Shown here: positions 1-10,375 of the stretch, one piece after another
How positions within the stretch are numbered: the first letter of the stretch is position 1
Layout: each line of letters starts with the position of its first letter
NCBI GenBank assembly: GCA_049514955.1
Contig: JBEKUO010000001.1
Span: forward strand, 11,642 to 75,641
Origin: Bryobacteraceae bacterium
Lineage (GTDB): Bacteria > Acidobacteriota > Terriglobia > Bryobacterales > Bryobacteraceae
Direction: 5' to 3'
DNA: 64,000 nt
Made by a program: the position numbers and the translations under genes
The notes under the pieces: generated by a model
Told to the model about the DNA's origin: nothing
Seen by the model: the letters and a program-made list of their open reading frames with translations, nothing else
The model's database searches: none

Positions 1-1317
1 GCCTGGACGGTGACGAAAGACAACAAGACCGTGGTGCGCGGCGGTTCCGCAATTTATTACGACACTTGGGACATTTTCAACCGGCTGATTGAACGCGTCA
101 TTCTGAGTCCACTTGGCGTCGGACGTATCCCGCTGCCGGACAGCGCTTTCTTCGGAACCATTTCCGGTATTCTTGGCTTCGGGGGTCTGCCGACGGCGAT
201 CCAGCCGACCAGTTTGAGTAGCGAACCCACCAATTTCAGAGGACAGGGACTCGTGAATGATTTGGCAACCTTCGTGAAGGGTGCCGAGGCGGAGCTCAAT
301 TCCGGTCTCCCAGTTCAAAACGTTGATTTGTTTAAAACCGGGCAGGGTTTGATCCCGCAGAACTTTCGTCTGCCGTATTCCGAGCATGCCAGCATCGGTA
401 TTCAGCGAGAAGTGCGCAGCGACCTGCTGATCAGCGCGGATTTTGTGTTCCGGCAATACATGCACCAGTTGATCACCGATGCAGACCTGAACTACTACAA
501 CAGCGCAGCGGGTCCGGTGATTCCGAAATGCGGTCCGGGGCAAGCACTCAAAGTGCCTGAGGAATGTTCCGCAGGCCCCATCGAGACCGAAATCTCCGGA
601 GGCCGTTCCCACTACAAAGGGCTGCTGCTGAAGGCCGACAAGCGTTTCTCGCACCGCACGACGGGAACGCTGGCCTACGCCTACGCCAGCCAGGTCGGCT
701 ATAACGGTCTGGTCGACAACAGCAACTGGTTCGCGAGTTGGGGTCCGCAGGCCGGTCATCAGACACTCACCGGCTCCATCGTGGTGGTTCTGCCCTGGGG
801 CGTCCAGGTCTCCGGCATCAGCTCGTTTCAAAGCGCCACGCCCTTCCAGCCTTTCCTGACAGGTGTCGACTTAAACGGCAACGGTGTTTTCGCTACAGCC
901 GGCGAGAGTCCTTTTCCCGGCCCCCCTCTGCCCGGCGGCGGATTCAACGAGTTCGGCGTCGCCAAGAACAAAGCGGACTTGATTCAACTGGTGAACCAGT
1001 TCAACCAAACCTATGCCGGAAAGACCGATCCGCTCGGTCACCCGATCCCGTTCATCACGCTGCCGTCGAACTTCACGTTTCCGCGCAGCTTCAATTCCCA
1101 GGACCTCCGGGTAACCAAGACCTTCCGGCTGTCCAAGGAGCGCTGGAAGCTGTCGGTTATTGGCGAGTGTTTCAACGTGTTCAACATTGCCAACCTCACC
1201 TTCTACAACGACGTGCTGAATGCGCCGAACTTCGGCCAGGCATCGCAAAGGACACCGAACATCTTCGGCACCGGCGGTCCCCGGGCGTTCCAGTTCGCCA
1301 GCCGCTTGACCTTCTGA
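1..1317 (+). CDS. TonB-dependent outer-membrane receptor, C-terminal portion (5' end lies outside the window)
   Basis: The reading frame is open to position 1. The sequence is rich in Y/F/N/G as expected for beta-strands, and it ends ...RAFQFASRLTF with the terminal aromatic residue typical of TBDR/OM beta-barrels. Confidence 0.7.
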   Translation, partial: AWTVTKDNKTVVRGGSAIYYDTWDIFNRLIERVILSPLGVGRIPLPDSAFFGTISGILGFGGLPTAIQPTSLSSEPTNFRGQGLVNDLATFVKGAEAELNSGLPVQNVDLFKTGQGLIPQNFRLPYSEHASIGIQREVRSDLLISADFVFRQYMHQLITDADLNYYNSAAGPVIPKCGPGQALKVPEECSAGPIETEISGGRSHYKGLLLKADKRFSHRTTGTLAYAYASQVGYNGLVDNSNWFASWGPQAGHQTLTGSIVVVLPWGVQVSGISSFQSATPFQPFLTGVDLNGNGVFATAGESPFPGPPLPGGGFNEFGVAKNKADLIQLVNQFNQTYAGKTDPLGHPIPFITLPSNFTFPRSFNSQDLRVTKTFRLSKERWKLSVIGECFNVFNIANLTFYNDVLNAPNFGQASQRTPNIFGTGGPRAFQFASRLTF

Positions 1318-1527
1318 CCGACGCGGCCCCCAGGGTGGTACCCTGCCGGCTCGGGGGTGTGAGACGTCTGTGGCGTCCGCGATGACCCTGATCATGGTCA
1401 GGCTGGAAACGTAACTGGTGAATCGCCAGACCCCGCCCCGCCGCAGCCTTCCCACGCGACGCCAATCTGCTTCTGGCGCCGTCACGGACGGTTTCCGCCG
1501 CTGCTGCCAGGGTTTCGCGGCCCTTGC

Positions 1528-3567
1528 TCATTCAATATCGAGGGTAACCGTATTGAATGTGGTATTGATGTCGTTCACCGAATCTTGCACGGATATCACC
1601 AAGTTCACCAAACCGCTGCCGGCCAGGGAATGCGGGATCTGCACGTTGACCTGATCCAGCCCCGTGTATCCGCCCTGAGCCCCGGCGTACTGTACCATAA
1701 GGCTTTGCCCATTGATCTGCGCACTGATGGCGGAACGCGACGAGACGTGGCGTATGCCAGTACCGAACAATTCCACAACCACACTGTCCGTAGCGTCGCC
1801 CAGGCTGATAGGCTGCGGCAAGCAACTGCCTATGGTGCTGCCACAAGCGAACACCTTTTCGAAGAATTGACCATTCGAGCTTCCGGTGGCCGGATAGCCC
1901 GTGCACGTGCCGGCACAGACCGCTATCGCAGCGGCTACACCAATACCGTTCTGATTCGCGGTATACAGGCCGGGCGCGACCGCCTCGATCAGGACGATGC
2001 CGGTGGTTTCGGTGCCGTCGCCGCTGGTAATGGTTACCGAAGCCGGACCATACGCCGCATTGCCGGGCACATAATAATTCACTTGCATGGGCGACGCTGA
2101 GTACATGGGAACGCTGTACGTAAGATTGGCGCTGTCCACCAAAGTCATCGTGCTACCCGCGAGAGTCGTAGGGAAGCTGGCGGAACTCGTCACCGCAGAC
2201 GAGGTCGCCAGGTCCGTGCCAAACACGCTCACGAGGGCATCGGGAGCCACCGTGGCATTCGCATTACAGGGATTCGTCGCCGTGCCGCAGTCCGGGTCGA
2301 AAACGTTGGGAGGGAGCGTGGCATAACTAGCGCTGGAGATGCTGACGGCCATTTTGATCCCCGCTTGCGCGTTGGGATTCTGTCCACTCACGTCTGCCCG
2401 GTAGCTTTGGGCCGTGGACGTAAGCTGGCCGGCCGAAAAGTTATTGATCACCGCAGAGTTGTACACGGGGTCGTCGATCTTATCGTGCCCCGTAGTGCCA
2501 TAGGCAAAGAATGTCTCCGTGGTGAAGACCGTCAGCGCTTCCATCCCATTGCCCGCTGCGAATTTCGACATACCCTGCAGCCAATTCGTATCCAGTAACG
2601 CAAATGCCGGGTTGGCCGCGCCTAAAATTGAAAAGTCGTCCAGCGAAGCCGTCAGATAGCCCTGTGGGGACAGCGCGTTGGACGGTAGCGGGTTCGGAAG
2701 GTAATGGGGCGAGTAGGTCTCTTCTACATATGCCCCTTTGTTATTGGCGTGTGCTTCGGTTGCCCATTGAATATATGTAGGGAAGGTGTCGGTGTTATAA
2801 ACGTCCATGCCGATCAGGTCCAGGCACCCGCTGTTATCGGCAGCTCCGGCGCAGCCGGAAATATTCGTGATCCAATCCTGCATGTAGGCGCCTTCCTGTT
2901 GGGTCAGCGTAGGGATGGCGCCGTTTTGGAACGCTCCGACAGACAGCCTGGTCCGCGGAGAGGCCTTCCTGAGGACGGGGATCATGGTCAGAATGAAATC
3001 GTGCCAGTCCTGGTTGATAGGGACGCCCATGCTTCCTGTAGCGGTCGTAGGCTCATGGACAATCACGAAAACATCGGGTTGGTAGCGGGCCACCAGTGCA
3101 GGATAATTCTGCATCGCCACGGTTTCAAAAGTTTGGAACGTTATGTTCTGCCCCAACTCACCGGGCGTGAATTCCGGATTGATGGCCAACTCCATCCCCA
3201 ACTGGCGGATATGCGTGACCATGGCGTCGTACAGGGCCGTAGCTATCGGGTCCGTGATCGAAGTAACCCCCGGGTTGAACTCTACCCGCTGCACACCGGC
3301 GGCCTTCAGACCATCCACATAGCCGATCAGCGTCGATTGCTTGGCGCCGTCGACCACCATGCCATTGGCGTAGGGGATATTGCCCCCGTAAATGAGCGGG
3401 TGGGACGCGCTGGACACGGCCACCGCCTCGATCGCGGCACTCGCCGCCGCGATGAACTGATTGCAGGCGGAATCGCACGTCTGAGAGGCCAAAGGCCGAG
3501 CACCCAACCCGAGCAATACCAGGAGAGACGCCGTTGCCAGAACCGCAGTTGGATGCGAAGACATCAA
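1528..3567 (-). CDS. secreted glycoside-hydrolase-like TIM-barrel protein with Solibacter-type C-terminal domain (TIGR03437-like)
   Basis: N-terminal signal peptide MMSSHPTAVLATASLLVLLGLGARPLASQ. Central region has a clan GH-A-like motif (FVIVHEPTT, compare NEP). C-terminus reads APDALVSVFGTDLA...APGLYTANQNG...VQYAGAQGGYTGLDQVNVQIPHSLAGSG, matching the pattern I recall for TIGR03437. Confidence 0.65.
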   Translation of the reverse strand: MMSSHPTAVLATASLLVLLGLGARPLASQTCDSACNQFIAAASAAIEAVAVSSASHPLIYGGNIPYANGMVVDGAKQSTLIGYVDGLKAAGVQRVEFNPGVTSITDPIATALYDAMVTHIRQLGMELAINPEFTPGELGQNITFQTFETVAMQNYPALVARYQPDVFVIVHEPTTATGSMGVPINQDWHDFILTMIPVLRKASPRTRLSVGAFQNGAIPTLTQQEGAYMQDWITNISGCAGAADNSGCLDLIGMDVYNTDTFPTYIQWATEAHANNKGAYVEETYSPHYLPNPLPSNALSPQGYLTASLDDFSILGAANPAFALLDTNWLQGMSKFAAGNGMEALTVFTTETFFAYGTTGHDKIDDPVYNSAVINNFSAGQLTSTAQSYRADVSGQNPNAQAGIKMAVSISSASYATLPPNVFDPDCGTATNPCNANATVAPDALVSVFGTDLATSSAVTSSASFPTTLAGSTMTLVDSANLTYSVPMYSASPMQVNYYVPGNAAYGPASVTITSGDGTETTGIVLIEAVAPGLYTANQNGIGVAAAIAVCAGTCTGYPATGSSNGQFFEKVFACGSTIGSCLPQPISLGDATDSVVVELFGTGIRHVSSRSAISAQINGQSLMVQYAGAQGGYTGLDQVNVQIPHSLAGSGLVNLVISVQDSVNDINTTFNTVTLDIE

Positions 3568-3700
3568 ATTAAACCTAACACCTCCCGCGGCTTCAAGTCG
3601 CTCTAAACGAACGGGTAATCGTGTTTTAGGAAACTGAAAGGGTCCGGCATGCCTCGGGAGCCTCCTGTTACAGTACTGGCACTAACAATTGGCTAACGGC

Positions 3701-3730
3701 TTGACTTTCCGTTGCTAGTCCGACGATAAT
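3701..3730 (+). promoter_or_regulatory. sigma70-like promoter candidate (TTGACT-18 nt-GATAAT) upstream of the BNR-repeat gene
   Basis: TTGACT at 3701-3706, an 18-nt spacer, then GATAAT at 3725-3730. It lies in an AT-richer divergent intergenic region. A GAGAGGG Shine-Dalgarno sits 8 nt before the ATG at 3859. Confidence 0.3.
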
Positions 3731-3858
3731 TAATAGCCAGTTTTTGCAATGAGTTACCGGCCCGGCTGTCTGATTTTTATCTTGATGCGCATAAGCTGCC
3801 CTTCGGGCACGCGCACGGCGCCCGGCAACGAGTGATTTCCACACGAGAGGGTATTCTT

Positions 3859-6306
3859 ATGGCGTCGCCGCTCCGCGTTTTCATTTGCAGCGTAATCTGC
3901 CTGGTTTTCTCCGGCCAATGCTTGCTGGCTCACGATCCACACGATCCCATCGCCTGCATGGCGCTGTCCCCTAACTTCTCAAAAGACCGGACCATTTTTG
4001 CTGCGACTGGCCTTCTGTCCATTAAAGTAGGTATCTTCCCCATCCTGAAGTCCAGCGACGGAGGGGTCACCTGGACGGTTGTCCCAGGCCTGCCGAACAA
4101 TAACGCGATCTTGTCCATTGCAATTTCACCGGGGTACAGCCAGGATCAAACCCTTTACACTGCCGGCGCTGGAGGGCTTTTCCGGAGCACTAATCAGGGG
4201 GCATCGTGGGCCGCCCTGACGACGCAGTCGCTGCTGAGCGTGACTTTATCGCCGAACTTCGCTACAGACAACACGCTTTTTGTAGTCACCAAAAACAACA
4301 GCATCCACATGTCGACAAACCGCGGCCAGACATGGCAAACGCTGTCTGTGCCGGCATCGCTGACCGCGGGCCTTACCGTAATGGCGGTGTCTCCGAATTA
4401 CGCTACAGACAAAACGCTGCTGTTAGGCAGCGGCGCGAACGGCATTTTCAAATCCACCAGTGCCGGCTCCGCTTGGACTGCGGTCGCCACGGGCCTGACT
4501 TCTCAGGTGAACGTGCTCGTTTTTTCGCCAACTTTCAGTACCGACGACACGGTCTTTGCCGGAACACTTTCCGGTTTCCTGGTCTCCACGAATGCAGGCA
4601 GTTCGTGGAAGGCGTCCAATTCGGGCCTTTCGGATACAAAAGTGACTTCCCTGGCGTTCTCTCCGCACTATTCGACGGACTCGACTCTCTGGGCCTCAAC
4701 TGCGGTCGGCGGCGTCTTCCAATCCACCAACCAGGGCGCTTCCTGGACGCTGGGCGGCACCGTTTCACGCACGCTCTCGAACCTGACGAACATCCATTAC
4801 CAAACTGTGTCCGCGGCCATCAGCGGCAGCGGCATCGCGCTCTATCTGGGAATGTATGAAGGGGTGTGGACATCCTCGGCCGCCTCGATATCCTGGCAAT
4901 ACATCGATGTATTGCCAACCCGGCTTATCCGGCACATCAACCTGTCACCCAACTACGCCAACGACCAAACGGTATTTGCGAATAGCTACGGAGGCGCGAA
5001 CTTGTGGTCCACCACCGGCGGCGCGACCTGGACCTTCCAGAACACCGGAATGCTGCTCCCCTTCACCGACGCCTCGGGCATCTCTCCGAATTACGCAGTG
5101 GATGGCACGGCGTTTAGCGGCGATGCCGATGGTTTGCAAAAGACAACCAACTTCGGAGCCACCTGGCTCAAATTGACAGGGAATGGGCAGGCTGATTATC
5201 CCAGGGCCTTCGCTATCTCGCCCAACTATGCGGTGGATTCCACTGTACTTGTCGGAGCTACCAATACGAATACCGCTTACGAAGGTCTGTTTCTTTCCAC
5301 GAATGGCGGCAGCACCTGGACCGCGACGAACGTGATGGGCACAACGGTGACTGCGATTGCCTTTTCACCGGCTTTCGACTCGGACCGGACGGCGTTTGCC
5401 GCCAATTCCCAGATCGGCCTGTATAAATCCACCAATGGCGGCGTTACCTGGACTTTGCTCACCCTGCCAGCCACCTCGCAGCTATGCACGACAGTGGTGG
5501 TTTCCCCATCGTTTGCCGCAGACGGAACGGTATTTGCGGGCGGGCTCACCGGGGGCATCTTCAAGTCCACCAATGGCGGATCGAGCTGGACGGTGCTTCC
5601 TCAAACCAGCACCCTGAGAGCCTTGGACATTCAGTTGTCCCCAAACTTTGCGGCCGATCAAACCATGTTTGTCGGCACCTTCCAATCCGGGCTCATGGAA
5701 TCCACCCAGGGCGGGCAGAATCTGGTCCAGATAACGGCATTCCCGGATAACCTCGTCCTGGCAGTGGGCCTTTCGCCCAACTTCGCAAGCGACGATACTA
5801 TGTTCGCGTCTAGCTATCATGGCCTTTTCAAGTCCACCGATGCGGGCGCCACTTGGACCTACACCACGGAACCCTCCCGCATCGAGGATACCCAGAACGT
5901 CACCAGCAACAGTCCGCCCCAGCAGCCTCCTACCATTGTCTATAGTGGCGCCTGGTCGAGTATATCTGCGCCGGTGAATGCCAGCACGTCCGCTTACACG
6001 ATAACCGAGGCGTCCGGGGCCACCGCGACTCTCACTTTCACCGGTACCGGTGTGCGCTGGATTAGTGTGACCGGGCCCACCCAGGGGAGCGCTACGGTTC
6101 AGCTTGACGGCGCCACACAGGGCACCGTATCTCTGAACTTGAATGGAAGCGCAACGACCACTGAATACCAGCAGAATGTCTGGGAGCAGCACGGACTTTC
6201 CTGCGCCCATCATGCGTTCACCGTGACTGCAACGCCACAAGCCAAACAAACCGTCACTGTGGATGCCTTTGACGTCTGGGTGGACGGCTGCCCGGGAACA
6301 AATTGA
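3859..6306 (+). CDS. secreted BNR/Asp-box (sialidase/Ycf48-like beta-propeller) repeat protein with C-terminal beta-sandwich (CBM-like) region
   Basis: Signal peptide MASPLRVFICSVICLVFSGQCLLA. There are more than 12 SxDxGxTW-type repeats (SSDGGVTWT, STNQGASWA, STNRGQTWQ, STSAGSAWT, STNAGSSWK, STNGGSTWT, STNGGVTWT, STNGGSSWT, STDAGATWT). The upstream alternative start at 3832 lacks a signal peptide. Confidence 0.8.
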   Translation: MASPLRVFICSVICLVFSGQCLLAHDPHDPIACMALSPNFSKDRTIFAATGLLSIKVGIFPILKSSDGGVTWTVVPGLPNNNAILSIAISPGYSQDQTLYTAGAGGLFRSTNQGASWAALTTQSLLSVTLSPNFATDNTLFVVTKNNSIHMSTNRGQTWQTLSVPASLTAGLTVMAVSPNYATDKTLLLGSGANGIFKSTSAGSAWTAVATGLTSQVNVLVFSPTFSTDDTVFAGTLSGFLVSTNAGSSWKASNSGLSDTKVTSLAFSPHYSTDSTLWASTAVGGVFQSTNQGASWTLGGTVSRTLSNLTNIHYQTVSAAISGSGIALYLGMYEGVWTSSAASISWQYIDVLPTRLIRHINLSPNYANDQTVFANSYGGANLWSTTGGATWTFQNTGMLLPFTDASGISPNYAVDGTAFSGDADGLQKTTNFGATWLKLTGNGQADYPRAFAISPNYAVDSTVLVGATNTNTAYEGLFLSTNGGSTWTATNVMGTTVTAIAFSPAFDSDRTAFAANSQIGLYKSTNGGVTWTLLTLPATSQLCTTVVVSPSFAADGTVFAGGLTGGIFKSTNGGSSWTVLPQTSTLRALDIQLSPNFAADQTMFVGTFQSGLMESTQGGQNLVQITAFPDNLVLAVGLSPNFASDDTMFASSYHGLFKSTDAGATWTYTTEPSRIEDTQNVTSNSPPQQPPTIVYSGAWSSISAPVNASTSAYTITEASGATATLTFTGTGVRWISVTGPTQGSATVQLDGATQGTVSLNLNGSATTTEYQQNVWEQHGLSCAHHAFTVTATPQAKQTVTVDAFDVWVDGCPGTN

Positions 6307-6744
6307 AGCGGCTTGTCTCGATACTGCGTGGAGGTCTACTGGCCGGCGCCTCGTCCTCAGAGGGGCGGATTCGCTCCTTACGTTTCTGTTGCAGTTGACC
6401 CATCTCGGTTCAGCAGTTAAAAGTCGCTCGGGAGTTGCAGCGCGATCTTTTTCCCTCCGATGCACCGCATGGTTTCCGCGGCAACCCGCTTTTGCCGGTA
6501 CAAAACGTTTTGCTAGAACCGGACGACCAGACCACCGGCACCGGCGTGAAAGTCGTCGCGACGGTGCCCGATTGTGCAGCGGACGGCCAGCGCCAAGTTC
6601 AGGCACGCCTGGGATTGAATCTGTTCGGTATGGGAACCGGCTTCGACTATGGACCTCCAGATCCGAAGGCCCCGCGGCCGCAGCCCGGGTCGGGGCAACG
6701 GCTGAATCTCTCAAAGCAGACTCCTTCGCCGACCCGCTACTCAA

Positions 6745-8877
6745 TTACGTTGTGGTAACCGGCACTATAGCGGACATGGGCGACAAGTTACCGAGCGTGT
6801 CGATCGCCTGCACGCCGTAGTAGTACGTGGTCCGTGAATTCACCGTGTTGTCCGTAAACGAAGTATTTTTCGTCGCGCTGACCTGGCTCAAGCCGGAAGG
6901 CGAGGTCCCCCGGTAAATCTGGTAGCCGGCAATCGGCAGGCCGCCGGTCGAGGCCGACCAAGTCAGCTTCACCTGCGTGGCCGAGGTCGCCGTGGCCGTC
7001 AGCTTGCTGGGCGCCGATGGCAGCGCTAGCGTCGTGACTGCAATGACGTTCGACATCCCGGAACTCAGCCCGCCCGCCACCGCCTCCACCCCGTAATAAT
7101 AGGTGGTCTGCGGCGTCAGACTGTAGTTGTCGAACGAGGTGGCCGTGCCGGTCAGTTGCTGGATCTGGCTCATGCTCGTCGGAGAGTTCCCGCGGAATAC
7201 AAGATAGCTGGTAGGAATCACGCTCCCGGCCGAAGCCGACCAGGTCAGGTCGATTTGCTGGGTGGAGACCGCCGTCCCCGCCAGCTTGGTAGGCGGATTC
7301 GGAGGCGCCGAATTCGGCGTCTTGACGGCCACGACGGCCGGCTGCGATACATTGAACGCCAGATCGTACGCCTCGATCTGGTAAGTATACGTCGTGTATC
7401 CCGAAAGCCCCGTGTCCTGAAATTGTGTTAGTTCAGTGGTGGTGAGCGGCACCCCATTGCGCCACACGTAGTACCCTGCAACACCCACGTTATCCGTGGA
7501 GGCGCCCCAGCTCACGTTCACGGCTGACGGACTCACGGCGATGGCTGTGGGGTTGGTGGGAGTCGACGGCGGAATCGTATCCGGGGGTGAGACGATCGAC
7601 TGGTAATAACTTATCCCCGTGCTGCTATAGCTGCCTTGCTGCATTACCAGAGCCGATTGGGAAACTTCCTGGCTGAATAGCTGACTGGGTAACAGATTCG
7701 AAAGGCTGATGCTGTATGTCAGGTAGGCCGAAAGCTCTTGCGTATCGAACGGGTTCATGAAGATCATCTTGGAGTAATTAGCCAGATTCACGATCGTCTG
7801 CAGGAACGCTGTGTCCTCCGGTTCCCAAAAGCTGAAGGCCTCACGCGACTCCTGCGTATCCCCGCTCAGCACACCCCATTCACTGTTCCGGACCTTCCGC
7901 AGCCAGGTCTGCGACAGCGTCACCGGCTTGCCCGCCGCTTGGGCCATGCTGACGATGGTCAAGGCATTTTGCCAAAAGTTGTCGTTCGTCGGTGGCCCCA
8001 ACTCGTTGATCGGAAAGATGTGCATGTCGATGAAGTCCAGCGGGACGGTCACACAGGGCTGCGTAGACGAACACTGCTGGTCGGTGAAGCCGGCGATAAA
8101 CCCCTGAAAGCCCGTTAGCCACGATCCCACGCCAGCGCCTATCTTCATGTTCGGCACCCTCGCCTGCAGAACGCTGCTTGCGGTCTGGTCCAACATGCTT
8201 ATGGAACCGCTGACAGTGTTAACGTTGGTTTGCCCGGATTGCGTGGCTTCGGTGTCAGGCTCTTCCTGCAGCACGTAGTAATCCGGCTGCATCGTCTGGG
8301 CCACGACTTGCGCGGCCTGCGCGCGGGCCGCCTGATATTGGGTCCAGTTCAGAGTCGGGTAAAACGCCGCCACCTGCGGGCCCCATCCGGACCCCAGACC
8401 GCTGGGCATCATGCTCTGGCTTTCGACGATGAGCTTGAAGCCCTCCGCTCGCACCGCCGCCGCCACTTGCGCATAAAAACTAACGTATTGCTGATAATCC
8501 GTCTGGCTCGAAAAAAACGGCTCGTACAACATGGGAAAACTGACTTCCACGGCAACGGCTTGAACCCCAAGAGCTTTTAGCATCGTAAGGTCGTTCTGTA
8601 CGGATCGCATGCCGCTCAGTAACTGCGGCCCGTTGTTGGAATTGGCATTCGTCAACTCTCCTGTATAGAGGACCGGATATTTAGATCCGTTCCAAAGACC
8701 CTTGAGTGCGGTATTGAAATCGCTGAGGTCACTGTTGAGCGTGTTATAGAGATCCTGATAAACCGGGGGCACCGGCGGCGCTTGACCCCGACAGGAAGGC
8801 AAGATGGACAGCATCAGAATCGTCACCAGACAGGGGACAGACTCCGGCAATGCAAAACAGCGTAAGATAGGCTTCAT
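6745..8877 (-). CDS. secreted glycoside-hydrolase-like TIM-barrel protein with three C-terminal fibronectin type III domains
   Basis: Signal peptide MKPILRCFALPESVPCLVTILMLSILPSC follows the ATG at 8877; the longest ORF starts at 8991. The N-terminal half is colinear with the 1528-3567 protein (YYVLQEEPDTEA versus VFVIVHEPTTA). Three FN3 units carry LTWSAS...Y.Y/FRG...TYYYGV motifs. Confidence 0.7.
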   Translation of the reverse strand: MKPILRCFALPESVPCLVTILMLSILPSCRGQAPPVPPVYQDLYNTLNSDLSDFNTALKGLWNGSKYPVLYTGELTNANSNNGPQLLSGMRSVQNDLTMLKALGVQAVAVEVSFPMLYEPFFSSQTDYQQYVSFYAQVAAAVRAEGFKLIVESQSMMPSGLGSGWGPQVAAFYPTLNWTQYQAARAQAAQVVAQTMQPDYYVLQEEPDTEATQSGQTNVNTVSGSISMLDQTASSVLQARVPNMKIGAGVGSWLTGFQGFIAGFTDQQCSSTQPCVTVPLDFIDMHIFPINELGPPTNDNFWQNALTIVSMAQAAGKPVTLSQTWLRKVRNSEWGVLSGDTQESREAFSFWEPEDTAFLQTIVNLANYSKMIFMNPFDTQELSAYLTYSISLSNLLPSQLFSQEVSQSALVMQQGSYSSTGISYYQSIVSPPDTIPPSTPTNPTAIAVSPSAVNVSWGASTDNVGVAGYYVWRNGVPLTTTELTQFQDTGLSGYTTYTYQIEAYDLAFNVSQPAVVAVKTPNSAPPNPPTKLAGTAVSTQQIDLTWSASAGSVIPTSYLVFRGNSPTSMSQIQQLTGTATSFDNYSLTPQTTYYYGVEAVAGGLSSGMSNVIAVTTLALPSAPSKLTATATSATQVKLTWSASTGGLPIAGYQIYRGTSPSGLSQVSATKNTSFTDNTVNSRTTYYYGVQAIDTLGNLSPMSAIVPVTTT

Positions 8878-9514
8878 AAAACTCGATGGCGTGTTGCGCG
8901 ATGGCACGTGACGCGCGAACCCACGCTCACCTGTTCTCGGTTGAGCTAGCCTGAAGAAATTGGCTTTCATTAGAACGGTGTCTCGAGCCATCTGATACTC
9001 TCATCGGCCACCGTCGTTGGTTCAGTATAATCGGTTATTAAGATCTTTGACTAATAATGCCCGCCGGATTAACCTTAGGCTACTGCAACGGGTTTATGAC
9101 ACGCTTCGCCTATCTTCATGTGCAGCCCCCGTGAACTGGAAACGCTGCACTTACCCAGTTTCGTTCCCCCGGGCGGTCTGGCCCCAAACAAACCACCCGC
9201 ATGTCTCGTCGAAGCTGGGAAAACATAACTTTCGTAAGTATCCGCGCGCTGGGCGGACACACCTCAAGCGACACAAACAATCCAAGGACTCACGCGGATA
9301 GGTAGCATCCCCTCCCTACCGCGTATTCACAAAGAGATACAGATAGAAACGCTACCATGGAACAGAAGTCGCGGCGTCATGGTACGGCGGTATGCGATGT
9401 GCCGTTTATCACTGTACAAAACGGTACACAGCCATAGGCCGTGAGCGGTCTGATCTGCTGAAATAGGGAACTACACCCGGCGCGGCAGGCGACTTAGCTA
9501 GCAGCTAGGGAGAC

Positions 9515-10375
9515 TCAGTACATCTCGGGATCTTGCAGGCTGTAGCCGAATGCCCGCACGCGGGGCTCATAGCGCGCGATCCAGTCCTGGACGGAAGCCC
9601 TGGTTTCCGGGTTTGTCGCCATTTCCGCCCATTGCGCAAAGTATCTTTGGTTGTGTTCGGTGGTGGCTTCAAATGTGGTTGGATGCGGTTCTACCCCCAA
9701 AACCGCATAGATCTTGCTTAACGCAGCGTCCGGCGCGGCGATTAGGGTCTCGTACTTCACCGTTACAGCCCGCTTCAGGTGTTTCTGGTCCGCTTCCGCG
9801 ATCTCGTGCGCTACCAGCCAGTGTTCGATTAGCGAATCCAGGCTCCGCGTGCTCCATTTAGTCGTTGCTAGCGAAACGGCAACCGGATGCCGCACGATGG
9901 TTACGAAATAGGTTTGCGGGAAAGCGCTCTGTAGGAAACGCGTCATCAGAATATTGGGGGTAGATTTCTCTAGCAGATAGCGCTTCGAGAGGTCCCAGTA
10001 AGGAAACCAGTCGAGAGCCAGTTGCGCTTTGTTGTCCGGCGTCAGCAACTCGGATTCCTCGGTGAGATGCGCTCCGGGGGAAAAGGCAAAGCTGCCGGGG
10101 CCTCCGTAAACGATCCCCGGGGGATAGACCGACTGCAGGAATTGGCCCTCATCCTCCAGGGCCAGCCATTCGGTGGCGACCTGATTGTTCGTGAAGCCGC
10201 TCATCGCGGGATGCTCCCGCAACATCCGGAACAGCAAAGTGGTGCCGCTACGATGCAGCCCGCAACAAAACACGAAATGGTGCGCCTGCGCGATCTCGCG
10301 AGCCTGTTCCAGACTGAGCGCGCTGGCCGGACCTGTGGTAGGCGTCGTCATCGGTTCCCGGGATTCCCGCTGCAT
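9515..10375 (-). CDS. sulfotransferase family protein
   Basis: PAPS-binding 5'-PSB-like loop CCGLHRSGTTLLFRMLREHP. Size (about 286 aa) and overall pattern fit cytosolic/polysaccharide sulfotransferases. Confidence 0.6.
   Translation of the reverse strand: MQRESREPMTTPTTGPASALSLEQAREIAQAHHFVFCCGLHRSGTTLLFRMLREHPAMSGFTNNQVATEWLALEDEGQFLQSVYPPGIVYGGPGSFAFSPGAHLTEESELLTPDNKAQLALDWFPYWDLSKRYLLEKSTPNILMTRFLQSAFPQTYFVTIVRHPVAVSLATTKWSTRSLDSLIEHWLVAHEIAEADQKHLKRAVTVKYETLIAAPDAALSKIYAVLGVEPHPTTFEATTEHNQRYFAQWAEMATNPETRASVQDWIARYEPRVRAFGYSLQDPEMY

Noticed and set aside
3677-3693. Sigma54-like TGGCAC elements at 3677 and again at about 22731 (TTGGCACGGAGAGAAGC).
   Set aside because: The GG-N10-GC spacing rule is not met at 3677, where it is off by 2 nt. 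The -12 TTGC element is missing at 22731.
6513-6698. A 61-aa minus-strand ORF ending ...DDFHAGAGGLVVRF, reminiscent of the C-terminal strand of an outer-membrane beta-barrel. It might be a gene remnant in the 438-nt gap after the BNR gene.
   Set aside because: It is too short and has no signal peptide or upstream continuation in any frame that I could reconstruct. The resemblance rests on a few residues only.
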